This document shows positions 51,202 to 60,226 of a DNA stretch of 64,000 bases, one piece after another. Within the stretch, counting starts at the first letter, position 1. Every line of letters starts with the position of its first letter. A program made the translations under genes and the position numbers. This DNA comes from Patescibacteria group bacterium (lineage in GTDB: Bacteria; Patescibacteriota; Microgenomatia; UBA12405), in assembly GCA_013387215.1 (NCBI GenBank), contig WARW01000022.1:238417-302416 (forward strand), written 5' to 3'. The notes beneath the pieces were generated by a model. That model searched no databases. It was not told the DNA's origin and saw only the letters and a list, made by a program, of their open reading frames with translations.

Positions 51202-51636
51202 TTACTTCTTTCCTGTGGTACCAAAGCCGCCGCGATCGGTTAAGCCAGGCATGGTCTCGACTTCTTCAACCTCAAACGTTTCGCATTTGATTAACAATAA
51301 TTGGGTTAATCTGGTGCCTTTGGTGACTTCGACTGGTTTGTCGGTGAAATTGTAGGCGGCAAATTGGTATTCATCGTTTTCGCCACAATAATCGCGATCA
51401 AAAATTCCAATACTATTCACTGCCATTAAACCAAGTTTATGAGTGGAACTTCTGGGAGCCTGCAAAATAAAATAGTCGTCAGGGATTTTTATAGCTACAT
51501 TCATGGGAATATATTCGATTTGTTTTGGTTGAATAGTAATATCGATTCGGGAGCAGAGATCAACTGCAACGGCGCCTGGAGTTTTATGCAAAGGCAACGG
51601 TAACGATTTATCAAAACGTTTGATTTGAATTTTCAT
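51202..51636 (-). CDS. dut: dUTPase
   Basis: GAVAVDL, PRSS, GIFDRDY.G, RGGFGTTG. Confidence 0.93.
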   Translation of the reverse strand: MKIQIKRFDKSLPLPLHKTPGAVAVDLCSRIDITIQPKQIEYIPMNVAIKIPDDYFILQAPRSSTHKLGLMAVNSIGIFDRDYCGENDEYQFAAYNFTDKPVEVTKGTRLTQLLLIKCETFEVEEVETMPGLTDRGGFGTTGKK

Positions 51637-51640
51637 TGGA

Positions 51641-54600
51641 TTATTTTAACAAGGCATGAAGGTCTTGGTCATCACGACAATCTTCGCCAAGAGAATTAAA
51701 TTCGAGGTTTATAATTTTTTTATAGATATCCTTGATTAGAGTTTCCAATTCTTTTATCTGCTCTTCAGTAATTTTGAAATCTTTTTTGACAAAATTATTT
51801 TTAAGCTTGCTTTTTTGAACAAAATCAATCGACCCTGAGACAACATTATATTTAAAGTTAGGATTATTATCGGCTAAGATTTTATAGAAAACTAATTGGC
51901 GGAAATATTCTCCATTTTCTTTTAGTTCTTTTGATTTAGTATCGGGATTACCAGTTTTGAAATCCACCACATTGGCATCGGGCTTACCATTACTATTCAT
52001 CCCTAGTACTTCAATTTTGTCGATTTTACCAGTTAAAGGAATATCTCCCAGATGAACATGGTCGTGGCTGAAATCGTATTCAGTTACGCAATCGCAATCA
52101 AAAGTGTCTTTGTAATTTTGATAATAAGAGGCCAAAATTTCCTGACCACGGCTTAAACTTTCAGAAAATTCCAAATGGCTTAAATTTTCTCTTAATAAAT
52201 ATTTATTAAATGAATTTAATAAATCAGCTTCGGAAATTAGTTTTTTGGTTTCTTTTAGTTTGTCGAAAAGATAAGATAATGAGTTGTGAACAGCCGTACC
52301 TAGGGCGGAATGTTTATTTTTTAGAGCAGGGATTCTTAAAATAGTTTTATGATAAAAACACCATGGACAACGTAGATAAGAATTGAGATGAGTGACATTA
52401 AATTTGTATTCATTGGTTAAATACCAACGTAAATATTTTTCCAGTTGATTATCGGTGATAAACGGTTTTGGATCCAAAGGCATTGAGGCAAGCAGTGCCA
52501 ACTTTTCAATATTGGGATCGGCCACTACATTTTCAATTGATTCAGGATTAATTTCGGAGGCAAAAAGTGAGGGAATCTGATCGCGGCCAGAATCGCTTTT
52601 GCAGGAGAAAGAGATATAAACTTGGTTTTTAGCCCGAGTCAGAGCCACATAAAATAATCTTCTTTCATCTTCATTTTCGTCGATTGCCTGGCGCAAGAGT
52701 TCAGTTTTTAAGATTCCATATGGCAAACGGATGTTGCTAAATTGAGTATTATTTCCCCACTTTTTATCAACACATTTGATTAAAAATACATGTTCAAATT
52801 CCAAACCTTTAGACCGATGTGTGGTCATAATGTTTATGGCATCTTCATATTCAGAGTTAAGTTCAGGTGCTGACAAGGGAATTTTATTTTCAACTAATAG
52901 GTTTATTCGAGCAATGAATTGAGGCAAATCGTAGTTTTTAGTGAGAGAAAGTCGTTTTAGTTCAGAGTAAAAAACATTTAAATGGTTAATAACAAAAAAG
53001 TCATTTAAGCTTAATATATAACTTAGATAACCGAATTTACGGATAAATTTATTATAAAAAGTATCCAGACTATAGTTATCTAGCCATTTGATGGCTTTGG
53101 CCATTCTGACAGAAAAATTGCTGATTTTAGTAATAGTGCTAGGACGAAGTTTAGGACTAATTAGCAACAATTTTTCTTTGTCGGCAATTAATTCCGAAAG
53201 ACTTATATGTTCATGATAAGCAAAACGTAAAATCTTTAAAAGATCATAAGAATTAATATTGAGGAAATCAAAAGATAGAATATGAAAAAGAACGTTGTCA
53301 TCGGAAGGATTGTTGACATAAGCCAGAAGCTTAATTAATTGCTGAATCCGAACATCTTCCAAAATATTTTCTCCGAAACCAAGATGATATTTAATCCCAA
53401 GATTGGTTAATGTTTCAACAAGATCAATAATATCGCTGTTATTTCTGACCAGAACCGCAATTTCACTGGGCTTAGTTCCTGATTCAATTAATTTTTTAAT
53501 TTTATTAGCAACGTAATAGTTTTCTTCCAAAACACTTTTGGCTTGAAATAAATTTATGGGAGTCGGGTCAAAAGTTTTGCTAGAGACTAGGGATTTGTCG
53601 AGGTTTTCAATAAAATTGGCAATACGATTTTTATTATTATCGATGACGGATTTTGAAGAATCCAAAATTAATTGGTGGCTGCGATAATTATTTTTAAGAA
53701 CAATCAGTTTAATTTGAGCTTTGTATAAAAGATAGAATTCATAAATATTTTCGATAGCGGCACCTTGGAATCGAAAAATTGATTGATCATCATCACCGAC
53801 CACAAAAAGATTAGGATTTTCAAAATAAGAACCAAGAAGATGAATTATTTGGTTTTGAGCCGAATTGGTGTCCTGATATTCGTCGACCAAAATATATTGA
53901 AATCTTTCTTGATAAGAAGCCAAGAGATCTTTGTTTTCTTTGAATTGATTTAAGACAAATAAGATCATGTCATCAAAATCGTAACGGCCACGTTTTTTGA
54001 GCTCAGCTTGATATTCAGTGTATATATTTAATAATTCAAATTGTTTAGGAATATCTTTGGCTAGATTTTCGAAATATTTTATTAAAGCGTTTTTGTAGTT
54101 AACGGCCGGACTTTTAGCAGCACCAATATCGTAAAATCCATTTTTATAGAGTTCTTGATAATAGTTAATTAGGGCAAAAATAGAGGGGAACTTGGAGGCA
54201 ATTTTTTTGGCATTTTCAACAATCGGCAAAAGTTCCGATTCTAGACTTTTACTGGCTTTTAGAGCTTTGATTTGGCAATAAACATCGTTGGTTAAATCTA
54301 AATATTTTTTTTGATCATTAATTAAAGTTTCGAGTTTTGCTGGAATAATATTTTCTCTTTTTAAAGTTTGAATACAAGAAATGATGTCGCGCTGATAATA
54401 AAAATGATCGCCCCAAGGTTTTAAAATTGAACCGTCTTTGAGATTTTCAATTATATTTTGGATTATTTCAATTTTTTCCAGTTCTTCCAGAGAATCAATA
54501 TCTTTTGCAAAGATAAATGATTCCGGATTAGTTTTAATGACTTCGTTGCAAAAAGAATGGAAGGTGTGGATTTTAATACTATAGGCAACTGGACCAATAA

Positions 54601-54847
54601 TATTTAATAGGCGCTGGCGCATAGCAACGGTGCCAGTTTCAGTGAAGGTGAGACACAAAATGCTTTGGGGTGGAGTTTGAGTTTTGAGAAGAATATTGGC
54701 AATTCTTAAGGCAATAGTTTGGGTTTTACCAGTTCCCGCTCCAGCAATAACCATAACTGGACCTTCGATAGTGTCGACAGCCAGTTTTTGTTCGGCGTTA
54801 AGCTTCTGATATTCGGAATTAAATTTTTCTTGGCTAATTTTTTCCAC
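51641..54847 (-). CDS. UvrD/PcrA-family helicase fused to PD-(D/E)XK nuclease
   Basis: AGAGTGKT, VDEYQD, VGDDDQSI, YVALTRAK; C-terminal GKIDK..VVDFKTG..QL.FY. Confidence 0.9.
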   Translation of the reverse strand: MEKISQEKFNSEYQKLNAEQKLAVDTIEGPVMVIAGAGTGKTQTIALRIANILLKTQTPPQSILCLTFTETGTVAMRQRLLNIIGPVAYSIKIHTFHSFCNEVIKTNPESFIFAKDIDSLEELEKIEIIQNIIENLKDGSILKPWGDHFYYQRDIISCIQTLKRENIIPAKLETLINDQKKYLDLTNDVYCQIKALKASKSLESELLPIVENAKKIASKFPSIFALINYYQELYKNGFYDIGAAKSPAVNYKNALIKYFENLAKDIPKQFELLNIYTEYQAELKKRGRYDFDDMILFVLNQFKENKDLLASYQERFQYILVDEYQDTNSAQNQIIHLLGSYFENPNLFVVGDDDQSIFRFQGAAIENIYEFYLLYKAQIKLIVLKNNYRSHQLILDSSKSVIDNNKNRIANFIENLDKSLVSSKTFDPTPINLFQAKSVLEENYYVANKIKKLIESGTKPSEIAVLVRNNSDIIDLVETLTNLGIKYHLGFGENILEDVRIQQLIKLLAYVNNPSDDNVLFHILSFDFLNINSYDLLKILRFAYHEHISLSELIADKEKLLLISPKLRPSTITKISNFSVRMAKAIKWLDNYSLDTFYNKFIRKFGYLSYILSLNDFFVINHLNVFYSELKRLSLTKNYDLPQFIARINLLVENKIPLSAPELNSEYEDAINIMTTHRSKGLEFEHVFLIKCVDKKWGNNTQFSNIRLPYGILKTELLRQAIDENEDERRLFYVALTRAKNQVYISFSCKSDSGRDQIPSLFASEINPESIENVVADPNIEKLALLASMPLDPKPFITDNQLEKYLRWYLTNEYKFNVTHLNSYLRCPWCFYHKTILRIPALKNKHSALGTAVHNSLSYLFDKLKETKKLISEADLLNSFNKYLLRENLSHLEFSESLSRGQEILASYYQNYKDTFDCDCVTEYDFSHDHVHLGDIPLTGKIDKIEVLGMNSNGKPDANVVDFKTGNPDTKSKELKENGEYFRQLVFYKILADNNPNFKYNVVSGSIDFVQKSKLKNNFVKKDFKITEEQIKELETLIKDIYKKIINLEFNSLGEDCRDDQDLHALLK

Positions 54848-55026
54848 TACCCTATTTTACCAAGCGGAGCTGTATTAGCGCGAATACAATTTGATGACAG
54901 TAACGGCAATGATGACAAAGGAACAAAGCACAATAAGAAAAAATTGATTATTCTCGTCTACTTTCTTTTTATTTTTTTTGGGCATAAATAATTGTAAACA
55001 AACGATTGGTAAAAAACAATGTAAGC

Positions 55027-55075
55027 AAAAAAAATACCCGCCAAGTTGTTTTTATAAAAAAACAATTGGCAGGTT
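55027..55075 (-). terminator. Terminator of unit G
   Basis: ACC.GCCAA/TTGGC.GGT stem plus U-tract. Confidence 0.7.
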
Positions 55076-55084
55076 TGCCTCAAT

Positions 55085-55444
55085 TTATTGGATGATGCGT
55101 TCTATGGTGAATTTGGAAAAATTTGGTTCATTACCCAATAAGGGTTTATAACCTAGAGACATCAAAAGCGGCGCAGAGAGATTGATAATATACCAACGGG
55201 TTTCGGATTGAATAAGGTTGATACCATTGAAAATTTGATCAGCATCGACTTCTATAGTTTCGATTTCGCCCTTTTTTTCAAATACACGATTTTGTATTTG
55301 ACTTATTAAGGCTTTAATTATCTTTTGTGCTTTCTGACAAGTCCCCTGTTCAGTGATCAGCTTGTTGATCTGCTGTTCCCGACTTGTAATTTGGTTTTCA
55401 AAGTAAGAAACGATTTTATTGTCGGAGCTTTCATTTTGGTCCAT
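55085..55444 (-). CDS. Hypothetical protein (unit G)
   Basis: GAAAGGTGG SD before ATG 55444. Confidence 0.65.
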   Translation of the reverse strand: MDQNESSDNKIVSYFENQITSREQQINKLITEQGTCQKAQKIIKALISQIQNRVFEKKGEIETIEVDADQIFNGINLIQSETRWYIINLSAPLLMSLGYKPLLGNEPNFSKFTIERIIQ

Positions 55445-55467
55445 AAAAACCACCTTTCACATTTTAT

Positions 55468-55521
55468 TAAATTGAGATTTAAGGTACAGCGGGATTTTAC
55501 CTTATTTTAGGAAAATGTCAA
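55468..55521 (-). promoter_or_regulatory. Promoter + boxA-like GTACCTTAAA + 5' arm (unit G)
   Basis: TTGACA 55516-55521, TAAAAT 55494-55499, motif 55478-55487. Arm 55468-55476 pairs with 55079-55087. Confidence 0.7.
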
Positions 55522-55525
55522 AAAT

Positions 55526-56257
55526 TTAATAAATTAATTTGATGTGCGTAGGTAATATTTTGGAAAGGCGATCGATTTCTGTTTGGCTTATTGAAGAACT
55601 TCTAACGTCGAGTTCCTCTAGTGCAGCCATGTTTTTAATTCCATCGGGCAGAACCGCAATTTGAGTTCCTAAAATTGATAATTTTTTAAGTTTTTTTAGT
55701 TTTAGAATGCTTTGAGGAAAATCGGTTAAAGGATTAAAAGACAAATCTAGTTCTTCAAGATTTTGCAAATCTCCAAGTGAATCAGCAACAGTGCTAATTC
55801 GATTTGAACTTAAGGACAAATACTTGAGATTATCTAAACTGCCAAGCGGAGCTGGGATGGAAGTTAAGGAACCGTCAATATTGTGAAGATACTCAAGTTT
55901 TTTCAAACTAGAAATCTGGGGAGGGATTGTATGAATTGAAATGCGGCAAAGCTCTAAATATTTCAAATTAGTATACTGAGAAATTTCTTTTAATAAAAGA
56001 AAATCATCGCCTTGAAAAGCATAATGACCGGTACATAAATCTATTTTTATTACTTTAGCCGGATCTTTTAGAGCTTCTTCGCGATTCGAATCAGGGGTCG
56101 CGTCAACAATTTCCTGAATCGTTTTGACTGAATTAGAAACTGGTTTTTTAGGACTGACAATAATCGGTGTTGAGGAGTTAATAAAATAAATTGCAAAAAA
56201 CATAAAAACACAAAAGCCAGATAAAAGTAAAATAAATCCGTTTTTATGGTTTCGCAT
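55526..56257 (-). CDS. Membrane-anchored leucine-rich repeat protein
   Basis: N-terminal TM, repeated LxxLxLSxNxL..P. Confidence 0.88.
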   Translation of the reverse strand: MRNHKNGFILLLSGFCVFMFFAIYFINSSTPIIVSPKKPVSNSVKTIQEIVDATPDSNREEALKDPAKVIKIDLCTGHYAFQGDDFLLLKEISQYTNLKYLELCRISIHTIPPQISSLKKLEYLHNIDGSLTSIPAPLGSLDNLKYLSLSSNRISTVADSLGDLQNLEELDLSFNPLTDFPQSILKLKKLKKLSILGTQIAVLPDGIKNMAALEELDVRSSSISQTEIDRLSKILPTHIKLIY

Positions 56258-56357
56258 AAATTAATTATGCAATAAATTTAAAATAAAAACACTTTTTGAT
56301 AAAAAAACCCGCTAAAAGCAAAATGTTTAGCGGGTTTGGCCCAGATCCATATAGTTT

Positions 56358-56675
56358 TTAGTAATTACTTATAGTAATAACTTTTTCTTCAAACATTTTA
56401 TGGGGTGTCTGGTAGGGTAAAGAAAGTTGATAATACTTTTTTAAATAATCCTTAATAATAGGAACCACCAGATCATGAAAATTGTCTATTGTCATGTCAC
56501 TTTTAATAAACTGAGAAATTTTAATTTCAACTTTTTTCTTTTCTTCTGTTTTAAAGTTTTCCAGAATAGTTGGAATTATTTCTTTGGCTATGCCAATGAC
56601 ATAGACTTCTCTTTGATGGTCGTTTAAATGAAGGTTAAGGTTATCAAAATAAGTATCCGAATTAGATTTTTCCAA
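56358..56675 (-). CDS. Hypothetical protein (unit H)
   Basis: TTG start with AAAGGAGG SD, terminator 56301-56337. Confidence 0.65.
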   Translation of the reverse strand: MEKSNSDTYFDNLNLHLNDHQREVYVIGIAKEIIPTILENFKTEEKKKVEIKISQFIKSDMTIDNFHDLVVPIIKDYLKKYYQLSLPYQTPHKMFEEKVITISNY

Positions 56676-56701
56676 GATACTCGCCTCCTTTCTTTTGTTT
56701 A

Positions 56702-56772
56702 GTTTAATGTGCCTTATTTAAGCGCTTTTGCTTAAAGTATGGGGATTTTACAGGAATATTTTAGAAAGTCAA
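56702..56772 (-). promoter_or_regulatory. Promoter + hairpin + boxA-like GCACATTAAAC (unit H)
   Basis: TTGACT 56767-56772, TAAAAT 56745-56750, hairpin 56717-56736. Confidence 0.65.
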
Positions 56773-56819
56773 AAAAAACCCGCTAAATTTTTTATTTTTA
56801 GCGAGTAAGGACTCAAAAA

Positions 56820-57179
56820 CTAAGATTGGGGTAGATTAAAATTTATGTAACCATTATAGAATTCGGTTTTTACTTCGATACCAAATTTTGGTTTTAAGAT
56901 TTCTTCGAATTTCAATTTCAAACTTTTTACCGATTCTTGGTCGTAATGGACGTGGGCTATTTTAAAAGCCTCCATCAAATCGACTCGAACTCTTTTGGAA
57001 CCTTTTTTGATTTGTTTCTTGTGAACCAAATCTTCAATGAATGTCGTTAAAAGCCAAATTTGAGAAAGAGACTTATCGGTTTTGCCGTTTTTTTCGCATT
57101 CATCAAGGATTTGTTTTTTTACTTGAGTAATTACGAGTTTGAATTCATTGGGATGAGACAACTTTATTATATTGTCCAT
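56820..57179 (-). CDS. Hypothetical protein (unit I), paralog of unit J cargo
   Basis: GAAAGGTGA SD; IW.....IE......V.VDL..AF shared with J. Confidence 0.7.
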   Translation of the reverse strand: MDNIIKLSHPNEFKLVITQVKKQILDECEKNGKTDKSLSQIWLLTTFIEDLVHKKQIKKGSKRVRVDLMEAFKIAHVHYDQESVKSLKLKFEEILKPKFGIEVKTEFYNGYINFNLPQS

Positions 57180-57213
57180 ATATATCACCTTTCTTTCTTC
57201 TACCTTTATATAT

Positions 57214-57290
57214 TAGTTGTTGAGTTAAAGAGCAATTTTTTGGCGCATTTGCCAGGTGCGTTATTTTAGCCTATTTTTTGGTAATGTCAA
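57214..57290 (-). promoter_or_regulatory. Promoter + boxB-like hairpin + boxA TGCTCTTTAAC + 5' arm (unit I)
   Basis: TTGACA 57285-57290, TAAAAT 57263-57268, hairpin 57241-57254, boxA 57224-57234. Confidence 0.8.
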
Positions 57291-57342
57291 AAAAATACCC
57301 CCAAAAGATTTTTATACTTTTAGAGGTCAAGATCTCAACGCG

Positions 57343-57717
57343 TTAAATAAAAGTAAATTCAAGAATTTTTTTGGGATAATTGATGGTGATTAACATGTCA
57401 TATTTTTGGCAAAGCATGGCTTCAATTTTGTCTTTACATTTTATAGCTAGGGTTGTACTGTAAATTATTCCGGATAGTTCAAAAGCTTTTGCAAGATCGA
57501 CTTGGACAAAATATTGATGTCTAAATAATTTTTTGTGTCTTAACTGAAATTCAATACCATTTATTATCATCCAAATCTTTTCCAATTCTTGAATCGATTC
57601 AACTGATTCTTTTGAGTCGTTTTTCTTTTGTTGATATTCCTTTTGTATATCTGTACAAATATTTAAAAATATTTGTTTCAACTCGACGGCTGAAAATATT
57701 TTTTCAAGTTGTTCCAT
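57343..57717 (-). CDS. Hypothetical protein (unit J)
   Basis: AGTAGGTG SD-like, similar to unit I cargo. Confidence 0.7.
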   Translation of the reverse strand: MEQLEKIFSAVELKQIFLNICTDIQKEYQQKKNDSKESVESIQELEKIWMIINGIEFQLRHKKLFRHQYFVQVDLAKAFELSGIIYSTTLAIKCKDKIEAMLCQKYDMLITINYPKKILEFTFI

Positions 57718-57739
57718 AAAACACCTACTTTCTTTTTGG

Positions 57740-57812
57740 GCGTTGAGTTAAAGAGCGATTTGGCGCGTTTACCAAAGTTGAATGATTTTACATTAGTTCT
57801 GGCCAAAGTCAA
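57740..57812 (-). promoter_or_regulatory. Promoter + boxB-like hairpin + boxA GCTCTTTAAC + 5' arm (unit J)
   Basis: TTGACT 57807-57812, TAAAAT 57785-57790, hairpin 57759-57776, boxA 57747-57756. Confidence 0.8.
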
Positions 57813-57869
57813 AAAAATACCCGTCAAAGATTTTATGACGGGTTAGACCCAAAAAAATTAGAGAAAAAA

Positions 57870-58217
57870 TTAGGTTAACCTAATTCGTATAGTATCTTTT
57901 TCTTTATCAATCGTAATCCAATTACATTTTTCAGTTAAAGTTTCGTCTATCGATGGATAACTTGGACCAGATGCCCGCCTGATCCGACGACAGATATTTT
58001 CCCAGTGAGGTATTTCTACTTCATTCTCACTAATTCTTCTTTTATTAATACGGTTGTCTGACAAGACAGGGATTATAAATCCTAAAAAGAACGCGGCCCA
58101 ACCAGCACTGCAGCATTCTAACTTTAATCTTTCTAAAATAACGGCTTTTTCTTGTCTCTCTTTTTCTAGGGCATCTTTTGAATTTTCAACTTTAGCAGAA
58201 AACAAATCATTAGTCAT
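57870..58217 (-). CDS. Hypothetical protein (unit K)
   Basis: GGGAGGTG SD before ATG 58217. Confidence 0.65.
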   Translation of the reverse strand: MTNDLFSAKVENSKDALEKERQEKAVILERLKLECCSAGWAAFFLGFIIPVLSDNRINKRRISENEVEIPHWENICRRIRRASGPSYPSIDETLTEKCNWITIDKEKDTIRIRLT

Positions 58218-58232
58218 ATTCACACCTCCCAA

Positions 58233-58309
58233 TTCTCTAATTTTAAAAATGTGCAATTTTGGAGCTATTTCCAATTTAGTGATTTTAGCCTAAAATCGGG
58301 AAAAGTCAA
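58233..58309 (-). promoter_or_regulatory. Promoter + hairpin + boxA-like + 5' arm (unit K)
   Basis: TTGACT 58304-58309, TAAAAT 58282-58287, hairpin 58259-58274, TGCACATTTTTAA. Arm 58233-58244 pairs with 57854-57865. Confidence 0.7.
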
Positions 58310-58314
58310 AAGAA

Positions 58315-58770
58315 CTAAAGACTCAGTTCAAAAAATATACTACTGTCTCCATCAATTCGATCGTTTTTAATTTCTTTAGTTTGGATAAAATTTAGTGAAT
58401 TAAAAATTTTTCGTGATCCTAAATTATTGCCCCAAGTTCTAGTTTCTATTGTTTTATAATTATTTAGTTTTGCCCAAGTAATTACAAACTCAACCTGCTT
58501 TTGGCCGTAACCTTTACCTCTGTAATTTTTTAATATAAACATAGGACCGATATCCAGGAAATTGTTTTCAGGATCTAATATTAATGAAATATACCCGATG
58601 ATTTGATTATTAATTTGTGTAGAAAAAAGTTTTAAGATTTTTTTTGCTTCAAATTTTTGACAAAACTTATATGCATCAAAAAAACCATCTTTACGTGTAG
58701 GAAGAAAAAACGAACTAGATGCAACAATCAAATCCTTTATTGAATCTATTTTAATTTCTTCAATTTCCAT
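58315..58770 (-). CDS. GNAT family N-acetyltransferase
   Basis: YRGKGYG motif A, N..S...F..L.F. Confidence 0.85.
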   Translation of the reverse strand: MEIEEIKIDSIKDLIVASSSFFLPTRKDGFFDAYKFCQKFEAKKILKLFSTQINNQIIGYISLILDPENNFLDIGPMFILKNYRGKGYGQKQVEFVITWAKLNNYKTIETRTWGNNLGSRKIFNSLNFIQTKEIKNDRIDGDSSIFFELSL

Positions 58771-60226
58771 TTAATATTTTTTCCAATATTTCTTTTGCCA
58801 TTTGGGGATTGGCGGAGCCTTTGGATAGGCGCATCAACTGGCCAATTAAAAAGCCAATGGACATCGGATTTTTCTTGTAATCTTCAACGGCTTTTGGATT
58901 GGCAGTAATCACCTCTTGAGCCATTTTTTCGAGCGCGCCAGTGTCAGATACCTGAATTAATCCCTTATCTTTGGCTATTTCGACTGGGTTAGTTCCAGTT
59001 TGATAAGACTCAACAATTACTTGTTTGGCAGCAGAACTTGATATTTCCGATTTCTGAACTGAGTCAAAAAGATTTAAGAAATACTCAGGATTAATTTTGG
59101 ATTGATTTAGTTCCTCTCCTGTTTCATTGAGGTGAGTTTTAATGGCACCTAAGAATAAATTAGCGACAAACTTGGCAAACTCTTTGATTTTATCGTTCCT
59201 ATTTTGAGGAGTAACGACAGTTTCATAAATATCAGCAAAATTTTGATCAGTGGCAATTACAGAAGAATCGTAATCATTTAGACTATAAACCGATTTATAT
59301 TTTTCAATTTTTTGATCTGGAAGTTCGGGAATAGAAATTCTTATTTCTTCAATTTGAGCTGGAGTAAATTCCATATGAGGAATGTCTGGTTCTGGGAAAT
59401 AACGGTAATCAGCTGAACCTTCTTTCTCTCTTTGCAAAAAAGTTTGTGCTTTTTCAGCATTCCAACCACGGGTAGTTTTATTTTTGGAATTTTTTACTTC
59501 ACGGGTTTTTTCAAACTCTTCAGTTTGTCTTTTGATTTCAAATTCAATCGCATTTTGAACGCCAGTTAAAGAGGCCACGTTTTTGATTTCGGCAAGTGGA
59601 GTATAAAAGACTTCTCCATTATCTTCTATTTTTAAGTTAACTGTTGGCTCACAACGCATGCTTCCTTTTTCAATATCTGCATCAGAAATCCCTAAATACC
59701 GGATAATTTGCTGCATCTTCAAAAGGTAGTCTTTAGCCATGGTGGCGGAAGTAATATCCGGTTCAGACACGATTTCAACTAATGGCACACCACAACGGTT
59801 GTAATCAATTAAAGTCAAATCTTGGCCATACTCAGAGATATGAACTGATTTACCAGTGTCTTCTTCCATATGAGCGCGATTAATTCTGACTTCTTGATCC
59901 CCGACTTTAACCTTGCCATTTATTACAAATGGTTTTTCGTATTGAGTTAATTGATAGCCTTTGGCTAAATCTGGATAAAAATAATTTTTGCGTTCAAAGA
60001 AACTAGTCTCATTTGGGGTGCAGCCTAGAGCTAAACCCAATTTAACACACCATTCGCAAGCAGTTATGTTTGGCACTGGAAGGGCACCAGGAAGACCTAG
60101 GCAAACAGGACAAGTGTGAGTATTAGGTTCAACATGAAAATGTTCGGCAGAACAATTACAAAACATTTTTGATTTAGTTTTAAGTTCAACATGAACTTCG
60201 AGACCGATAATTGGTGTTATTTTCAT
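58760..60226 (-). CDS. gatB: Asp/Glu-tRNA amidotransferase subunit B
   Basis: IGLEVH, YFYPDL.KGYQ, DYRYFPEPD. Confidence 0.97.
   Translation of the reverse strand: MKITPIIGLEVHVELKTKSKMFCNCSAEHFHVEPNTHTCPVCLGLPGALPVPNITACEWCVKLGLALGCTPNETSFFERKNYFYPDLAKGYQLTQYEKPFVINGKVKVGDQEVRINRAHMEEDTGKSVHISEYGQDLTLIDYNRCGVPLVEIVSEPDITSATMAKDYLLKMQQIIRYLGISDADIEKGSMRCEPTVNLKIEDNGEVFYTPLAEIKNVASLTGVQNAIEFEIKRQTEEFEKTREVKNSKNKTTRGWNAEKAQTFLQREKEGSADYRYFPEPDIPHMEFTPAQIEEIRISIPELPDQKIEKYKSVYSLNDYDSSVIATDQNFADIYETVVTPQNRNDKIKEFAKFVANLFLGAIKTHLNETGEELNQSKINPEYFLNLFDSVQKSEISSSAAKQVIVESYQTGTNPVEIAKDKGLIQVSDTGALEKMAQEVITANPKAVEDYKKNPMSIGFLIGQLMRLSKGSANPQMAKEILEKILNGN

Noticed and set aside
56301-56712. Clean 5'/3' arm for unit H
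   Set aside because: Only a weak, bulged match to the terminator's 3' side; counted as leader-only.
55027-58309. Integron cassette array
   Set aside because: No RYYYAAC/GTTRRRY attC pattern at the hairpins, no integrase in the window, and each gene has its own promoter and terminator.
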